Below are positions 48,857 through 57,810 of a stretch of DNA of 64,000 bases, in pieces (position 1 is the first letter of the stretch; the number at the start of each line of letters is the position of its first letter). This DNA is from a virus. Its lineage: Duplodnaviria > Caudoviricetes. A program made the position numbers and the translations under genes. The notes under the pieces are model-generated. The model was not told where the DNA came from, searched no databases, and worked only from the letters and a program-made list of their open reading frames with translations. Where the stretch lies: positions 39,501 to 103,500 of IMG/VR virus record IMGVR_UViG_3300025372_000012. The stretch is one strand, 5' to 3'.

Positions 48857-49626
48857 AAATATTAATCACAGGGTATAAAGGATTTATCGGGCAGAATCTA
48901 ACAGAATTCTTAAAAGATCACGAGCTTTCTTTTTACGAACCTGGAGATGATTTACCCTTGGTAAATGGACTAGATTGGGTAATTCACCTAGGGGCATTGA
49001 CATCTACAACTGAAAAAAATGTAGGACTAGTGTTAGATCACAATTACGATTTTAGTAGATGGTTAGTAAATGAATGTCTAAAACATAAAGTTAACTTTCA
49101 ATATTCTAGCTCTGCAAGTGTGTATGGACAAAGTAAAAATTTCAACGAAAGTGCTCCTGTAAACCCACAAAGCCCTTACGCATGGAGTAAGTACCTCTTT
49201 GATAGATATATTACAAATTTAGCAGGTGGTTGGCCTATTAAAGTGCAAGGCTTTAGGTACTTCAACGTGTACGGACCTTACGAAGATCATAAAGGCGACC
49301 AAGCAAGTCCTTATTATAAATTTGAGAAACAGGCCAAAGAAAATGGTGTTATAAAGTTATTCGAAGGCAGTGATAAATTTTTTAGAGACTTTGTTCCAGT
49401 TGAAACCGTTTGTAAAATACACAAACATTTTTTAAGTGTTCCTGATACAGGTATCTGGAATGTGGGAACTGGTATAGCTACATCTTTTGAAAGTGTAGCA
49501 CGTTCGATAGCTGATAAGTATTCAGCACGTATAGAATATATTCCAATGCCGGAAAGTTTAAAAGGTCAGTATCAAGAATACACCTGCGCCGATGTAACTT
49601 TATTAAAGACCTACTATAATATATGA
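48853..49626 (+). CDS. hldD: ADP-L-glycero-D-manno-heptose 6-epimerase-like SDR
   Basis: TGYKGFIG, HLGALTSTTE, YSSSASVYG, YAWSK, FRYFNVYGPYEDHKG, RDFV, YQEYTCAD. Confidence 0.85.
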   Translation: MKILITGYKGFIGQNLTEFLKDHELSFYEPGDDLPLVNGLDWVIHLGALTSTTEKNVGLVLDHNYDFSRWLVNECLKHKVNFQYSSSASVYGQSKNFNESAPVNPQSPYAWSKYLFDRYITNLAGGWPIKVQGFRYFNVYGPYEDHKGDQASPYYKFEKQAKENGVIKLFEGSDKFFRDFVPVETVCKIHKHFLSVPDTGIWNVGTGIATSFESVARSIADKYSARIEYIPMPESLKGQYQEYTCADVTLLKTYYNI

Positions 49627-50015
49627 AAATATTTGTCAACGGAACTTTTGATATTTTACATCGTGGGCATCTTGAAATGCTCGAGTATGCAAAAAGCCTC
49701 GGTGTTTATTTGTTAGTTGCTATTGACACAGACAGAAGAGTACAAGAGTTAAAAGGTCTGACTCGGCCTATCAACAATCAATACGATAGGCAGTTTTTTT
49801 TAAAAAAATTAAGATCAGTTGACGATGTTTGGTTTTTTAATAGCGAAGAAGAATTAGAATATATCTTAGAATCCTATAGACCCGATATCATGGTTAAAGG
49901 TAGTGACTACAGAGATAAGCCTATTGTAGGATCTCAATATTGTAAAGAAATAAAATTTTATGAGCACACAGGACATTCTACAACGGGACTCATTCAACGT
50001 ATTACTAATAGGTGA
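49623..50015 (+). CDS. hldC: Heptose-1-phosphate nucleotidyltransferase-like (HldE domain II)
   Basis: NGTFDILHRGH, LKGxxRPIN, VKGSDY, GHSTT. Confidence 0.8.
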   Translation: MKIFVNGTFDILHRGHLEMLEYAKSLGVYLLVAIDTDRRVQELKGLTRPINNQYDRQFFLKKLRSVDDVWFFNSEEELEYILESYRPDIMVKGSDYRDKPIVGSQYCKEIKFYEHTGHSTTGLIQRITNR

Positions 50016-50736
50016 TAGTTGTATCGACGAGTATAAAATTGGAACCATTGATAGGTTAAGTCCTGAAGCCCCAGTACCTGTAATTAAAATTGTCGAAACA
50101 GAAGTTGTGCCAGGAATGGCATCTAACGTCAAAAAGAACTTCGAAAATCTCGGCGTATATGTAGACTTTATAACAAACACTGAAGAAATTAAAAAGACTC
50201 GCTATATAGACAAACGTTCTGGTCAGCACATGTTGCGAGTCGATAGCGAACCTAAAATTACTTCTTGGAATGAACAGACCCCGGCACCGTTTGATCAGTA
50301 TGATGTAGTTGTTGTCAGCGACTACAACAAAGGTTTCTTAACCTATGAGAATATAGAACATATTCTTAAATCGGTTAAGTGTCCAGTATTCATTGATACT
50401 AAGAAAACACAACTAGCCGACATAAGTGCCGGACATGCCTACTTTAAAATTAACGAGCTCGAATCAAAGAACGCTAGAAGTATTCCGAGCAATCTGATTA
50501 TAACTATGGGCGACAGAGGTGCATACTATAATGGACAAATATTTACAACTACCCCTGTAGAAGTTACCGATGTTTGCGGCTGCGGAGATACTTTTTTGGC
50601 TGCATTGGCCGTCCAATATCTATATACAAAAAGCATAGAAAAAAGTATAATGTTTGCTAATGCCGCGGCGGGAATTACCGTAAAACATAGAGGAAACTAT
50701 GCACCGTCATATGACGAAATTAGGAAATTAAAATGA
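49960..50736 (+). CDS. hldA: Heptose-7-phosphate kinase-like PfkB protein (HldE domain I)
   Basis: IGDSCIDEY...RLSPEAPVPV, SDYNKG, DVCGCGDTF. Confidence 0.85.
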   Translation: MSTQDILQRDSFNVLLIGDSCIDEYKIGTIDRLSPEAPVPVIKIVETEVVPGMASNVKKNFENLGVYVDFITNTEEIKKTRYIDKRSGQHMLRVDSEPKITSWNEQTPAPFDQYDVVVVSDYNKGFLTYENIEHILKSVKCPVFIDTKKTQLADISAGHAYFKINELESKNARSIPSNLIITMGDRGAYYNGQIFTTTPVEVTDVCGCGDTFLAALAVQYLYTKSIEKSIMFANAAAGITVKHRGNYAPSYDEIRKLK

Positions 50737-51437
50737 TACTAGAAAAAGCCGACAACGTAAACCCAGATACATATTGCTACGAAACCTCAATCCAATTCAG
50801 TGAGGATTTTTGTAAAAGATTGTTAGCTGACATTTTAAAAGATCCAAGTTTTCTTATGCAACGTAAAAAATATTTGGATCCTACTAAGCACCTTGATGAG
50901 ATTTTTGAAAAATTAAACTTTTTTGAAAAAAAGCAATTCATGAGAAGGATGCATCAGTACCAAGAGAAATACAAAGATAAAACTTTAATTGATTTTACAC
51001 AATACTTTATTCCTCCCGATCTTGAAGAAGAATTTAATAGCCTTGTGCCACAATGGCTAAAGGATATTGCACCCGGCGAACCTAGAGTAGGTGTGCAACT
51101 TAGCTCGGGCGGAGATTATCTACTTCCTCATAAAGGACATCAACGACAAAGTTCGTTGTTTATGTTGCTACAAGGCAACGGAGAAGAAACACATTGGTAT
51201 CGAGAAACGGGAGAGTTTGAAGTTTATGATTTCTTTCGTGTGCCCGATCTAAACAATATCGAAACAATTGTAAGAGCGCAACTACAACCATTTAAATGGA
51301 CATTGTTTAATCACAAGGCGTGGCATAGCGTCCATAACTTTACACCAAGAGGTCTGCGTATTAATATTGGAATAGATTTCGATAGCGTTCCAGCTGAAGA
51401 ATTGCTTAAAATAGTAAAAGAACACGAGAGTAAATAA
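50733..51437 (+). CDS. Fe(II)/2OG-oxygenase-like protein with HxG motif
   Basis: LPHKGHQR...THWY...FNHKAWHSV...LRINI fits the DSBH layout. Confidence 0.6.
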   Translation: MILEKADNVNPDTYCYETSIQFSEDFCKRLLADILKDPSFLMQRKKYLDPTKHLDEIFEKLNFFEKKQFMRRMHQYQEKYKDKTLIDFTQYFIPPDLEEEFNSLVPQWLKDIAPGEPRVGVQLSSGGDYLLPHKGHQRQSSLFMLLQGNGEETHWYRETGEFEVYDFFRVPDLNNIETIVRAQLQPFKWTLFNHKAWHSVHNFTPRGLRINIGIDFDSVPAEELLKIVKEHESK

Positions 51438-52009
51438 TGCCCGATATTGACATCGACTTTGCGGATAGAACAAAGATTTTGGACATCATAAAACATGTTC
51501 CTGCCACTATTTTGGAAAAAGGTGTCAACAAGAAACATAACACAGGCGTTTATAGTAGTAGTATCCCTGTAAATCCTCTAACAGGTAATGCAAGTATAGA
51601 TTACAGAGAAGCGGAAGACCGTGGATACTTTAAGATAGATTTTTTGAACGTGGGCATTTACAAAGATGTCCAAAGTGAAGAACATCTAACTCGACTACTT
51701 AACCAGGAACCGTTATGGGATCTATTATTGGAAGACGAATTCACGAACAACCTGTTTCACGTGAATGGACATGGGATGATCTTAAGGCAGATGAAGCCAA
51801 AAAGTATCGAGGAATTAGCCGCTGTGTTGGCAGTGATTCGCCCGGCAAAGCGATACTTGATTGGGCAAGATTGGTCCGTTGTGAAGAACGAAGTTTGGCA
51901 GAAACCCGCCGGAGATGAGTATTATTTTAAGAAGGCCCATGCAATAGCCTATGCGGCTGCTATTGTGGTGCAGATGAATCTTATCTGCGAAGGAATTAGT
52001 TCCGAGTAG
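51437..52009 (+). CDS. Miniature DnaE (Pol III alpha) palm-like protein
   Basis: PDIDIDF, KHNTGV, FKIDFL, LAVIRP and FKKAHAIAYA in DnaE order within 190 aa. Confidence 0.85.
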   Translation: MPDIDIDFADRTKILDIIKHVPATILEKGVNKKHNTGVYSSSIPVNPLTGNASIDYREAEDRGYFKIDFLNVGIYKDVQSEEHLTRLLNQEPLWDLLLEDEFTNNLFHVNGHGMILRQMKPKSIEELAAVLAVIRPAKRYLIGQDWSVVKNEVWQKPAGDEYYFKKAHAIAYAAAIVVQMNLICEGISSE

Positions 52010-52379
52010 TTCTCGGACTACGAACTAATTGTATCAGTTTTCTTTTAATACGTTTTTCGGCAATTTCGCTTAAATTGACCGTAGGACCGAATACTAGTTC
52101 TATATCCTTGCTGTTGAATGTCTTTATTGCATACCTAAATAATTGCATTTCTTTCTTAAGGAAAATGTTGATAGGTATCTTTCTGTTACTTTCCCACCAC
52201 CAAACTTCGCCCATTTCTAAGAAGATTTTACGTTCTTCTTCCGTTTTAATTTTAGAAATGTCGTATATACTGGTAACGAAATTATCTAGGTTGATAATAA
52301 TACCTACGTATTCTGTATCGTTGCTTTTGACGCATGATACAAAAGGATAGTTAGATTGGAAAGCACTGGGTGAAATCAT
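51996..52379 (-). CDS. Hypothetical protein
   Basis: 127 aa with WWWESNRKIPINIFL. Confidence 0.7.
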   Translation of the reverse strand: MISPSAFQSNYPFVSCVKSNDTEYVGIIINLDNFVTSIYDISKIKTEEERKIFLEMGEVWWWESNRKIPINIFLKKEMQLFRYAIKTFNSKDIELVFGPTVNLSEIAEKRIKRKLIQLVRSPRTTRN

Positions 52380-52398
52380 TATTCAATAAATAGTCAAT

Positions 52399-53241
52399 AT
52401 GCAAAATTTACCAATCTATTTATATTCTAATACACTCGACGTTATATTAGATTTGGACCCAACCGTTAGAGGAGTCAACCGAGTTATGTATCAACGCGAC
52501 TTAAAAATACAAAAAGGTATTAAAAATAAAGTCCGCATTCAGTTTAAGAATAGCGATCAAAAACGTATTCCTATCAGTCAAAGTGATGTATACGTATTTT
52601 CTTTGTTTGATGCAACTAGCCAACGTCTGCTATTAGAAAAGCAACTGACTATCCTAGATGACGGAACAACTCTTGCAACTAGAGGTTTGGCAGAGCTTGC
52701 ACTATCCGAAAGCGACACTATGGACTTAGATGTTAGCAATTACCAGTTCAGTGTGAAATATTTAGATCCAACTGATGGTACATATTTGCCCGCATATAGC
52801 AATACCTACTATGGTGTTCCTGGATTCTTAACCGTTGCCCAAGATGTTTATCCTGTATTACAACCTAGCCAAGAAGTAGTAGCATTTGAAAGAGTATACA
52901 ACGACAGCACTAGATTATACGAGCATAGAAGCGGAAACATTTATGCTTACCCGGAATACAACAGCAACACAGCATTACATACCGCAGCCGCTTATATGAC
53001 AAATTTTAACGGCACAATCAAAATTGAAGGCACATTGTATAATACTCCTGCAACCTTCAATCGATATGTAACCATTACCACTCAACACTACACCAATTTT
53101 ACCGGAATAGATTATTTCAACTTTAACGGTATTTTTAGTTATGTCCGTTTCACATACATACCAGATACAGCTCCCGGAGGATTTAATAATGACGATCCTT
53201 CCTTCTACGGTTCATTTGACAAAGTCCTGTATAGATGCTAA
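52399..53241 (+). CDS. Hypothetical beta-rich late protein, possibly virion
   Basis: TAAATA at 52387, 6 nt before ATG; IQFKNSDQK. Confidence 0.7.
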   Translation: MQNLPIYLYSNTLDVILDLDPTVRGVNRVMYQRDLKIQKGIKNKVRIQFKNSDQKRIPISQSDVYVFSLFDATSQRLLLEKQLTILDDGTTLATRGLAELALSESDTMDLDVSNYQFSVKYLDPTDGTYLPAYSNTYYGVPGFLTVAQDVYPVLQPSQEVVAFERVYNDSTRLYEHRSGNIYAYPEYNSNTALHTAAAYMTNFNGTIKIEGTLYNTPATFNRYVTITTQHYTNFTGIDYFNFNGIFSYVRFTYIPDTAPGGFNNDDPSFYGSFDKVLYRC

Positions 53242-53244
53242 AAT
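53216..53244 (+). promoter_or_regulatory. Sigma70 promoter with extended -10
   Basis: TTGACA-17 nt-(TGc)TAAAAT; GTG 53251 falls at the expected +1. Confidence 0.7.
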
Positions 53245-53250
53245 AAGAGT

Positions 53251-54234
53251 GTGAATGAAATACTCTCTACACTCTTAGCATTACTCCCACCGAATCGTAA
53301 AAATACTTCGGGCGGTTGGGTAAGTTTCAACGCTGTCTGTTGCCACCATAGAGGTGAAAAGCCAGACACACGCAAACGCGGCGGTATAAAAACTGACAAC
53401 GATGCTTGGACATATCATTGCTTCAATTGTGGATATAAAGCAGGATGGTCGCCTGGTAAACTATTAAGTTCAAATACAAAACAACTATTCAAATGGTTAG
53501 GACTCAGTGACACTGATGTGGGCAAATTAGGTCTTGTTGCACTCAAACATCAGGAAAATATGCCCAATGTGGCGAAGGCCCTAAACTTCACGCTTAATGA
53601 AATCGCCCTACCAGAAGACAGCAAAAAGTTAATCGATTGGATTAACGAGGGAGTAGATGTAACCGACATAGTCGAATATCTTTTAAACAGAGGTATGGAT
53701 ATAGACTGGTATGATTGGATGTGGTCGCCTGCACCTGGATACAAAGATAGAATACTTATACCATTTTACCAAGATGGAAAGGTAGTTGGTTACACTGGAC
53801 GTAAAATCACAGAAGGTAAACCTAAGTATCTAACAGACAGCCAAAGCGGTTATGTTTTTAACTTAGATCGTCAGGTCCGTGATAGAGAATATGTGATAGT
53901 TGTAGAAGGTCAATTTGATGCCATCGCCATAGACGGTGCTGCCATAATGACCAACGAGCCTAACGACACCCAGGTTGCTAGATTGCAGGCACTGGGTAGA
54001 GAAATTATATGTGTGCCTGACAAAGATCTGCCCGGTGCTAAGATGCTCAAACATGCTATCAAAAATAATTGGAGCGTGAGTTTACCGCCATGGGGTGACG
54101 ATGTCAAAGACGTTGCAGATGCTGTAAAGAAATACGGCAGGCTATATACGCTAACCACAATCTTGCACTACAGGGTGTCGGGAGAGATAAAAATAAATCT
54201 ACTGAAGAAAAAATTAGAAGGCCTAAATGAATAA
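53251..54234 (+). CDS. gp61: DNA primase
   Basis: Zn domain (CCHH...HCFNC), YTGR...PKY, TOPRIM VEGQFDA, PDKD, KDVAD. Confidence 0.9.
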   Translation: MNEILSTLLALLPPNRKNTSGGWVSFNAVCCHHRGEKPDTRKRGGIKTDNDAWTYHCFNCGYKAGWSPGKLLSSNTKQLFKWLGLSDTDVGKLGLVALKHQENMPNVAKALNFTLNEIALPEDSKKLIDWINEGVDVTDIVEYLLNRGMDIDWYDWMWSPAPGYKDRILIPFYQDGKVVGYTGRKITEGKPKYLTDSQSGYVFNLDRQVRDREYVIVVEGQFDAIAIDGAAIMTNEPNDTQVARLQALGREIICVPDKDLPGAKMLKHAIKNNWSVSLPPWGDDVKDVADAVKKYGRLYTLTTILHYRVSGEIKINLLKKKLEGLNE

Positions 54235-55690
54235 ACCAAACTACGACTATGAAATGCAAAAATTGTATCTTGAGATGTTTCTCAGTGATGCAGAAACCTT
54301 TGTCCGCTGTCAAAATATTTTTGATCATGAAAACTTTGATCAACGACTACAAGATGCCGCAGAATTTATTAACAAGTATGTTGATGAATACAAAGTTATG
54401 CCCGAGGCAAATATTGTCAATGCGGCAACAAAGAGTCAATTTAATCCCGTACCATTGCCTAGAGAAAACTATGATTGGTTAATGAACGAATTTGAGGACT
54501 TTAGTCGTCACAAGGGATTAGAACGTGCGATTATTAAATCAAGCGATTTGTTAGAAGCAGGAGATTATGGACCTGTTGAAAAGCTGATCAAAGATGCTAT
54601 CCAGATCAGTTTGAATAAGGATATGGGTACAGACTACTTTGAATCTCCTAGAGAACGATTGACTAAACTTAAGGATGGAAACGGGCAGATTTCAACAGGA
54701 TGGCCTAGCATTGATAAGAAACTTTATGGCGGGTTTAACCGCGGTGAGTTGAATATTTTCTGTGCAGGATCTGGCGGTGGTAAGAGTTTGTTCTTAGCAA
54801 ACTTAGGAGTAAACTGGGCACTAGCGGGCTTGAATGTAATCTACTTAACTTTCGAACTTTCGGAAGGTTTAGTGTCTATGCGCTTGGATAGTATGACAAC
54901 GGGCATTGGTACTAGGGACATCTTCCGCAACATTGACGATGTTGAATTAAAGGTTAAAATGTTGCAAAAACGCTCAGGAAACCTTCAAGTTAAGTATATG
55001 CCTAGTGGGAAAAATTGTAACGATATTCGAGCCTATTTGAAGGAATATCAGGTCAAAACAGGTCGAAAACCAGACGTTTTGTTAATAGATTACCTCGATT
55101 TGATGATGCCTTTATCTGTGAAGGTATCGCCCAGCGATCTGTTCGTAAAAGACAAATATGTGTCGGAAGAGATCCGTAACTTGGCTATGGAAACACAATG
55201 TATTACGGTAACAGCTAGTCAGCTTAACCGATCAGCAGTTGAAGAAATTGAGTTCGATCACAGCCATATTTCAGGCGGGTTGAGTAAGATTATGACAGCA
55301 GATAACGTGATCGGTATCTTTACGAGCAGGGCTATGAAAGAGCGTGGACGTTATCAAATCCAATTTATGAAGACACGTTCTAGCTCAGGTGTAGGACAAA
55401 AAGTCGACTTAGAGTTTAACTTAGATACATTACGTATCAGCGACCTAGGCGACGAGGATGACAATAATTACAGCGGTAATAACAATAACAAACCTCAGAG
55501 TCCGGCAGGGGGTGCGTATGCTAACTTAAAACGTACCAGCACCGTTAGCACTACAACTGATCCCGAAACTGGAGAAATTCGAGACGTTGATCCTAAACAA
55601 GGAATGAACATTAAGGCACCAGCAACTAAACCTAATAGTGCTCCGCTGATGAGATCAATGTTGAATAATTTAAATCCTGAAAAAGATTAA
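54227..55690 (+). CDS. gp41: Replicative DnaB-like helicase
   Basis: AGSGGGKS, TFELSE, IDYLDLM, TASQLNR. Confidence 0.92.
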   Translation: MNKPNYDYEMQKLYLEMFLSDAETFVRCQNIFDHENFDQRLQDAAEFINKYVDEYKVMPEANIVNAATKSQFNPVPLPRENYDWLMNEFEDFSRHKGLERAIIKSSDLLEAGDYGPVEKLIKDAIQISLNKDMGTDYFESPRERLTKLKDGNGQISTGWPSIDKKLYGGFNRGELNIFCAGSGGGKSLFLANLGVNWALAGLNVIYLTFELSEGLVSMRLDSMTTGIGTRDIFRNIDDVELKVKMLQKRSGNLQVKYMPSGKNCNDIRAYLKEYQVKTGRKPDVLLIDYLDLMMPLSVKVSPSDLFVKDKYVSEEIRNLAMETQCITVTASQLNRSAVEEIEFDHSHISGGLSKIMTADNVIGIFTSRAMKERGRYQIQFMKTRSSSGVGQKVDLEFNLDTLRISDLGDEDDNNYSGNNNNKPQSPAGGAYANLKRTSTVSTTTDPETGEIRDVDPKQGMNIKAPATKPNSAPLMRSMLNNLNPEKD

Positions 55691-55692
55691 TT

Positions 55693-57240
55693 GTGTTTCA
55701 TGTTTTACTTTTCTCAGATATCTATAGACCACTGCATGGAAAAGGCATGGGCGTATACCGCTTGGCCAATCACTTACGCAACTCAGGATATCGAGTAAAA
55801 GTTATTCACGGATTTTGTAAACTTACAGACATTGAATTTTATGACTTGTGTGATACGTTTGTCACAGAAGAAACGTTGATGATAGGTGTAGGTGCTACCG
55901 TCTTAGCAAATTTAGAAGACTCGAATTTCTTTGGCATCGATAGCAGTTCTGCTAGAAATAGATTTACAATAATAAAAGAAAAGTACCCAGCAGTAAAATT
56001 ATGCCTAGGTGGCGCTCAGGCTACGGGCGCTACCGATACATATCTTCAAAACTTTAATTATTTTGATTATGTAATCAAAGGACAAGGAGAAAATGTAACC
56101 GTAGCCTTGTTGGATCATTTAAGCAAAGGTTCCAAATTAATATCTACTACGGTTACTCGTCCACGGATACTATCTGATAAAACTTATCCATTTGAAGATT
56201 TTAATACAACCGTTAATTTTTTCAATGCTGATGATGCAATACAACACGGAGAAGCACTGCCTATCGAACTTGCTAGAGGCTGTATCTTTAAATGTAAATT
56301 CTGTGGATACGACCTCGTAGGTAAGAAATTAGGCGACTACACCAAACCTGCTGATCTAATTCGTGCAGAACTATTATCCAATTACAATCAATGGGGCACT
56401 ACTGATTACTATGTTGCAGATGAAACTATCAATGACAGCATAGAAAAGGTAGACATGCTGTTAGAAAGTGTACAGGGATTACCTTTCAAACCTACGTTCG
56501 GAGGATTTCTAAGACTTGACCTTATTTGGAAATTTCCAGAGATGGCACAAAAGTTATTAGACTGGGGATTAGAGGCATGTAGTTTTGGAATTGAAACTAT
56601 CAATGATGCCAGTGGTCGTGCTGTAGGCAAAGGTCTGGGTCGTAAACGTATAGAACAAACATTGCAACATTTGAGGGATGTATGGGGAGACCATGTATTT
56701 GTCAATGCCAGTTTCATCTTAGGACTCAAACACGATACACACGCTACAGCACTTGAATTGGATGAATGGATTGGTGATATGTATCAACGTAGGTTGTTGC
56801 ATGAGGTATTCGTAAAACCTTTATATATCATGCCTCAAACAAGACTAAGCATATTAGATAAAGATTTCCTAGAACATGGATATACCGTAATGCCTTCGGA
56901 TCAGGCAAAGGTAGTTTCAGATAGAACTAGAACCGTGGTACAAGAAGATTGTGTGATTTGGAAGACCAAAGAATATGATTTTGTTACAGCAACCTATGAT
57001 GCTGATATCATACATAAAAAATATAACGGTATGAAGGTATGCAAAGGACGTATCGGCAAACACAATTTTGCGTTTGTGAAATCCCTATTACCCGCAGAGC
57101 ATAAAAGACAATTATTAAATTGTCAAATAAACGATCAACCGTTTACCGGAATGTCAGTTAAAGAAACTGAAGACTATATAAGCAGTTTAGATCGAGCACA
57201 CTTTGCTCGTTATATAAACTTAGTTAAAACCAAGCGTTGA
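55693..57240 (+). CDS. B12-binding-domain radical SAM enzyme
   Basis: ELARGCIFKCKFC, DETIND, FGIET, SFILGL; N-terminal LGGA...GQGE domain. Confidence 0.85.
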   Translation: MFHVLLFSDIYRPLHGKGMGVYRLANHLRNSGYRVKVIHGFCKLTDIEFYDLCDTFVTEETLMIGVGATVLANLEDSNFFGIDSSSARNRFTIIKEKYPAVKLCLGGAQATGATDTYLQNFNYFDYVIKGQGENVTVALLDHLSKGSKLISTTVTRPRILSDKTYPFEDFNTTVNFFNADDAIQHGEALPIELARGCIFKCKFCGYDLVGKKLGDYTKPADLIRAELLSNYNQWGTTDYYVADETINDSIEKVDMLLESVQGLPFKPTFGGFLRLDLIWKFPEMAQKLLDWGLEACSFGIETINDASGRAVGKGLGRKRIEQTLQHLRDVWGDHVFVNASFILGLKHDTHATALELDEWIGDMYQRRLLHEVFVKPLYIMPQTRLSILDKDFLEHGYTVMPSDQAKVVSDRTRTVVQEDCVIWKTKEYDFVTATYDADIIHKKYNGMKVCKGRIGKHNFAFVKSLLPAEHKRQLLNCQINDQPFTGMSVKETEDYISSLDRAHFARYINLVKTKR

Positions 57241-57778
57241 CTTGATACTTAGCGGCTTTGTCTAATACTGATCGCCATTGATCAGGACCTTCGCCATCAA
57301 ACACTGATTCTATTGTTGCGGGAGTTATTTCAAACTTCATAGGATCTTCTTTTTCCCTAGGGTTTAACATCCTATCAAGTCTACCATCGCTCCATATCCA
57401 ATAACCTGCACAAGCTCTAAAATGTTCGGGTCCTTCGCCTCTAGCAATAGCGGCCAGCACACTTATATCGTTGGTTACGCTGATTTCATCGCTCATCTTA
57501 ACGGTACTTAACCCTTTCCAATCATTGCTATGAATTACATGGATCTTGTTAGTGTTCATATTTCCGCCATACCATAACTGAGCATTTTTATCGAAGTCCA
57601 TTCCTAGATTTTGCGCTACGGTCTGTAGATCTATATCTTCTAATGGGTTGTTTATTTGTAACCCAATTGCTACATCGGCAGTATGATTAGCTACAAGTAT
57701 TACGCTTCTGCTAAGTTCATCACGAGGATTGTTTGGGTTAGCAACTAATAAGTATCCGGGGTATCGTTTCTTTGTCAT
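57224..57778 (-). CDS. YqgE/AlgH (DUF179) family protein
   Basis: LLVANP...RSVIL...GLQINNP...WYGG...AGYWIW..G.L. Confidence 0.8.
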   Translation of the reverse strand: MTKKRYPGYLLVANPNNPRDELSRSVILVANHTADVAIGLQINNPLEDIDLQTVAQNLGMDFDKNAQLWYGGNMNTNKIHVIHSNDWKGLSTVKMSDEISVTNDISVLAAIARGEGPEHFRACAGYWIWSDGRLDRMLNPREKEDPMKFEITPATIESVFDGEGPDQWRSVLDKAAKYQVNAWF

Positions 57779-57787
57779 AATCAACTT

Positions 57788-57804
57788 TATTTACCGCATA
57801 AATA
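57788..57804. promoter_or_regulatory. Divergent TAAATA promoter pair
   Basis: tattta at 57788-93 and taaata at 57799-804. Confidence 0.55.
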
Positions 57805-57810
57805 TTCTAT

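Noticed and set aside
51437-52009. Mini-DnaE as a pseudogene
   Set aside because: Intact, coupled ORF that selectively keeps motifs lying far apart in full-length DnaE
37049-55690. Inteins in terminase, UvsX, UvsW or helicase
   Set aside because: Normal lengths and contiguous motifs; no splice-junction motifs seen
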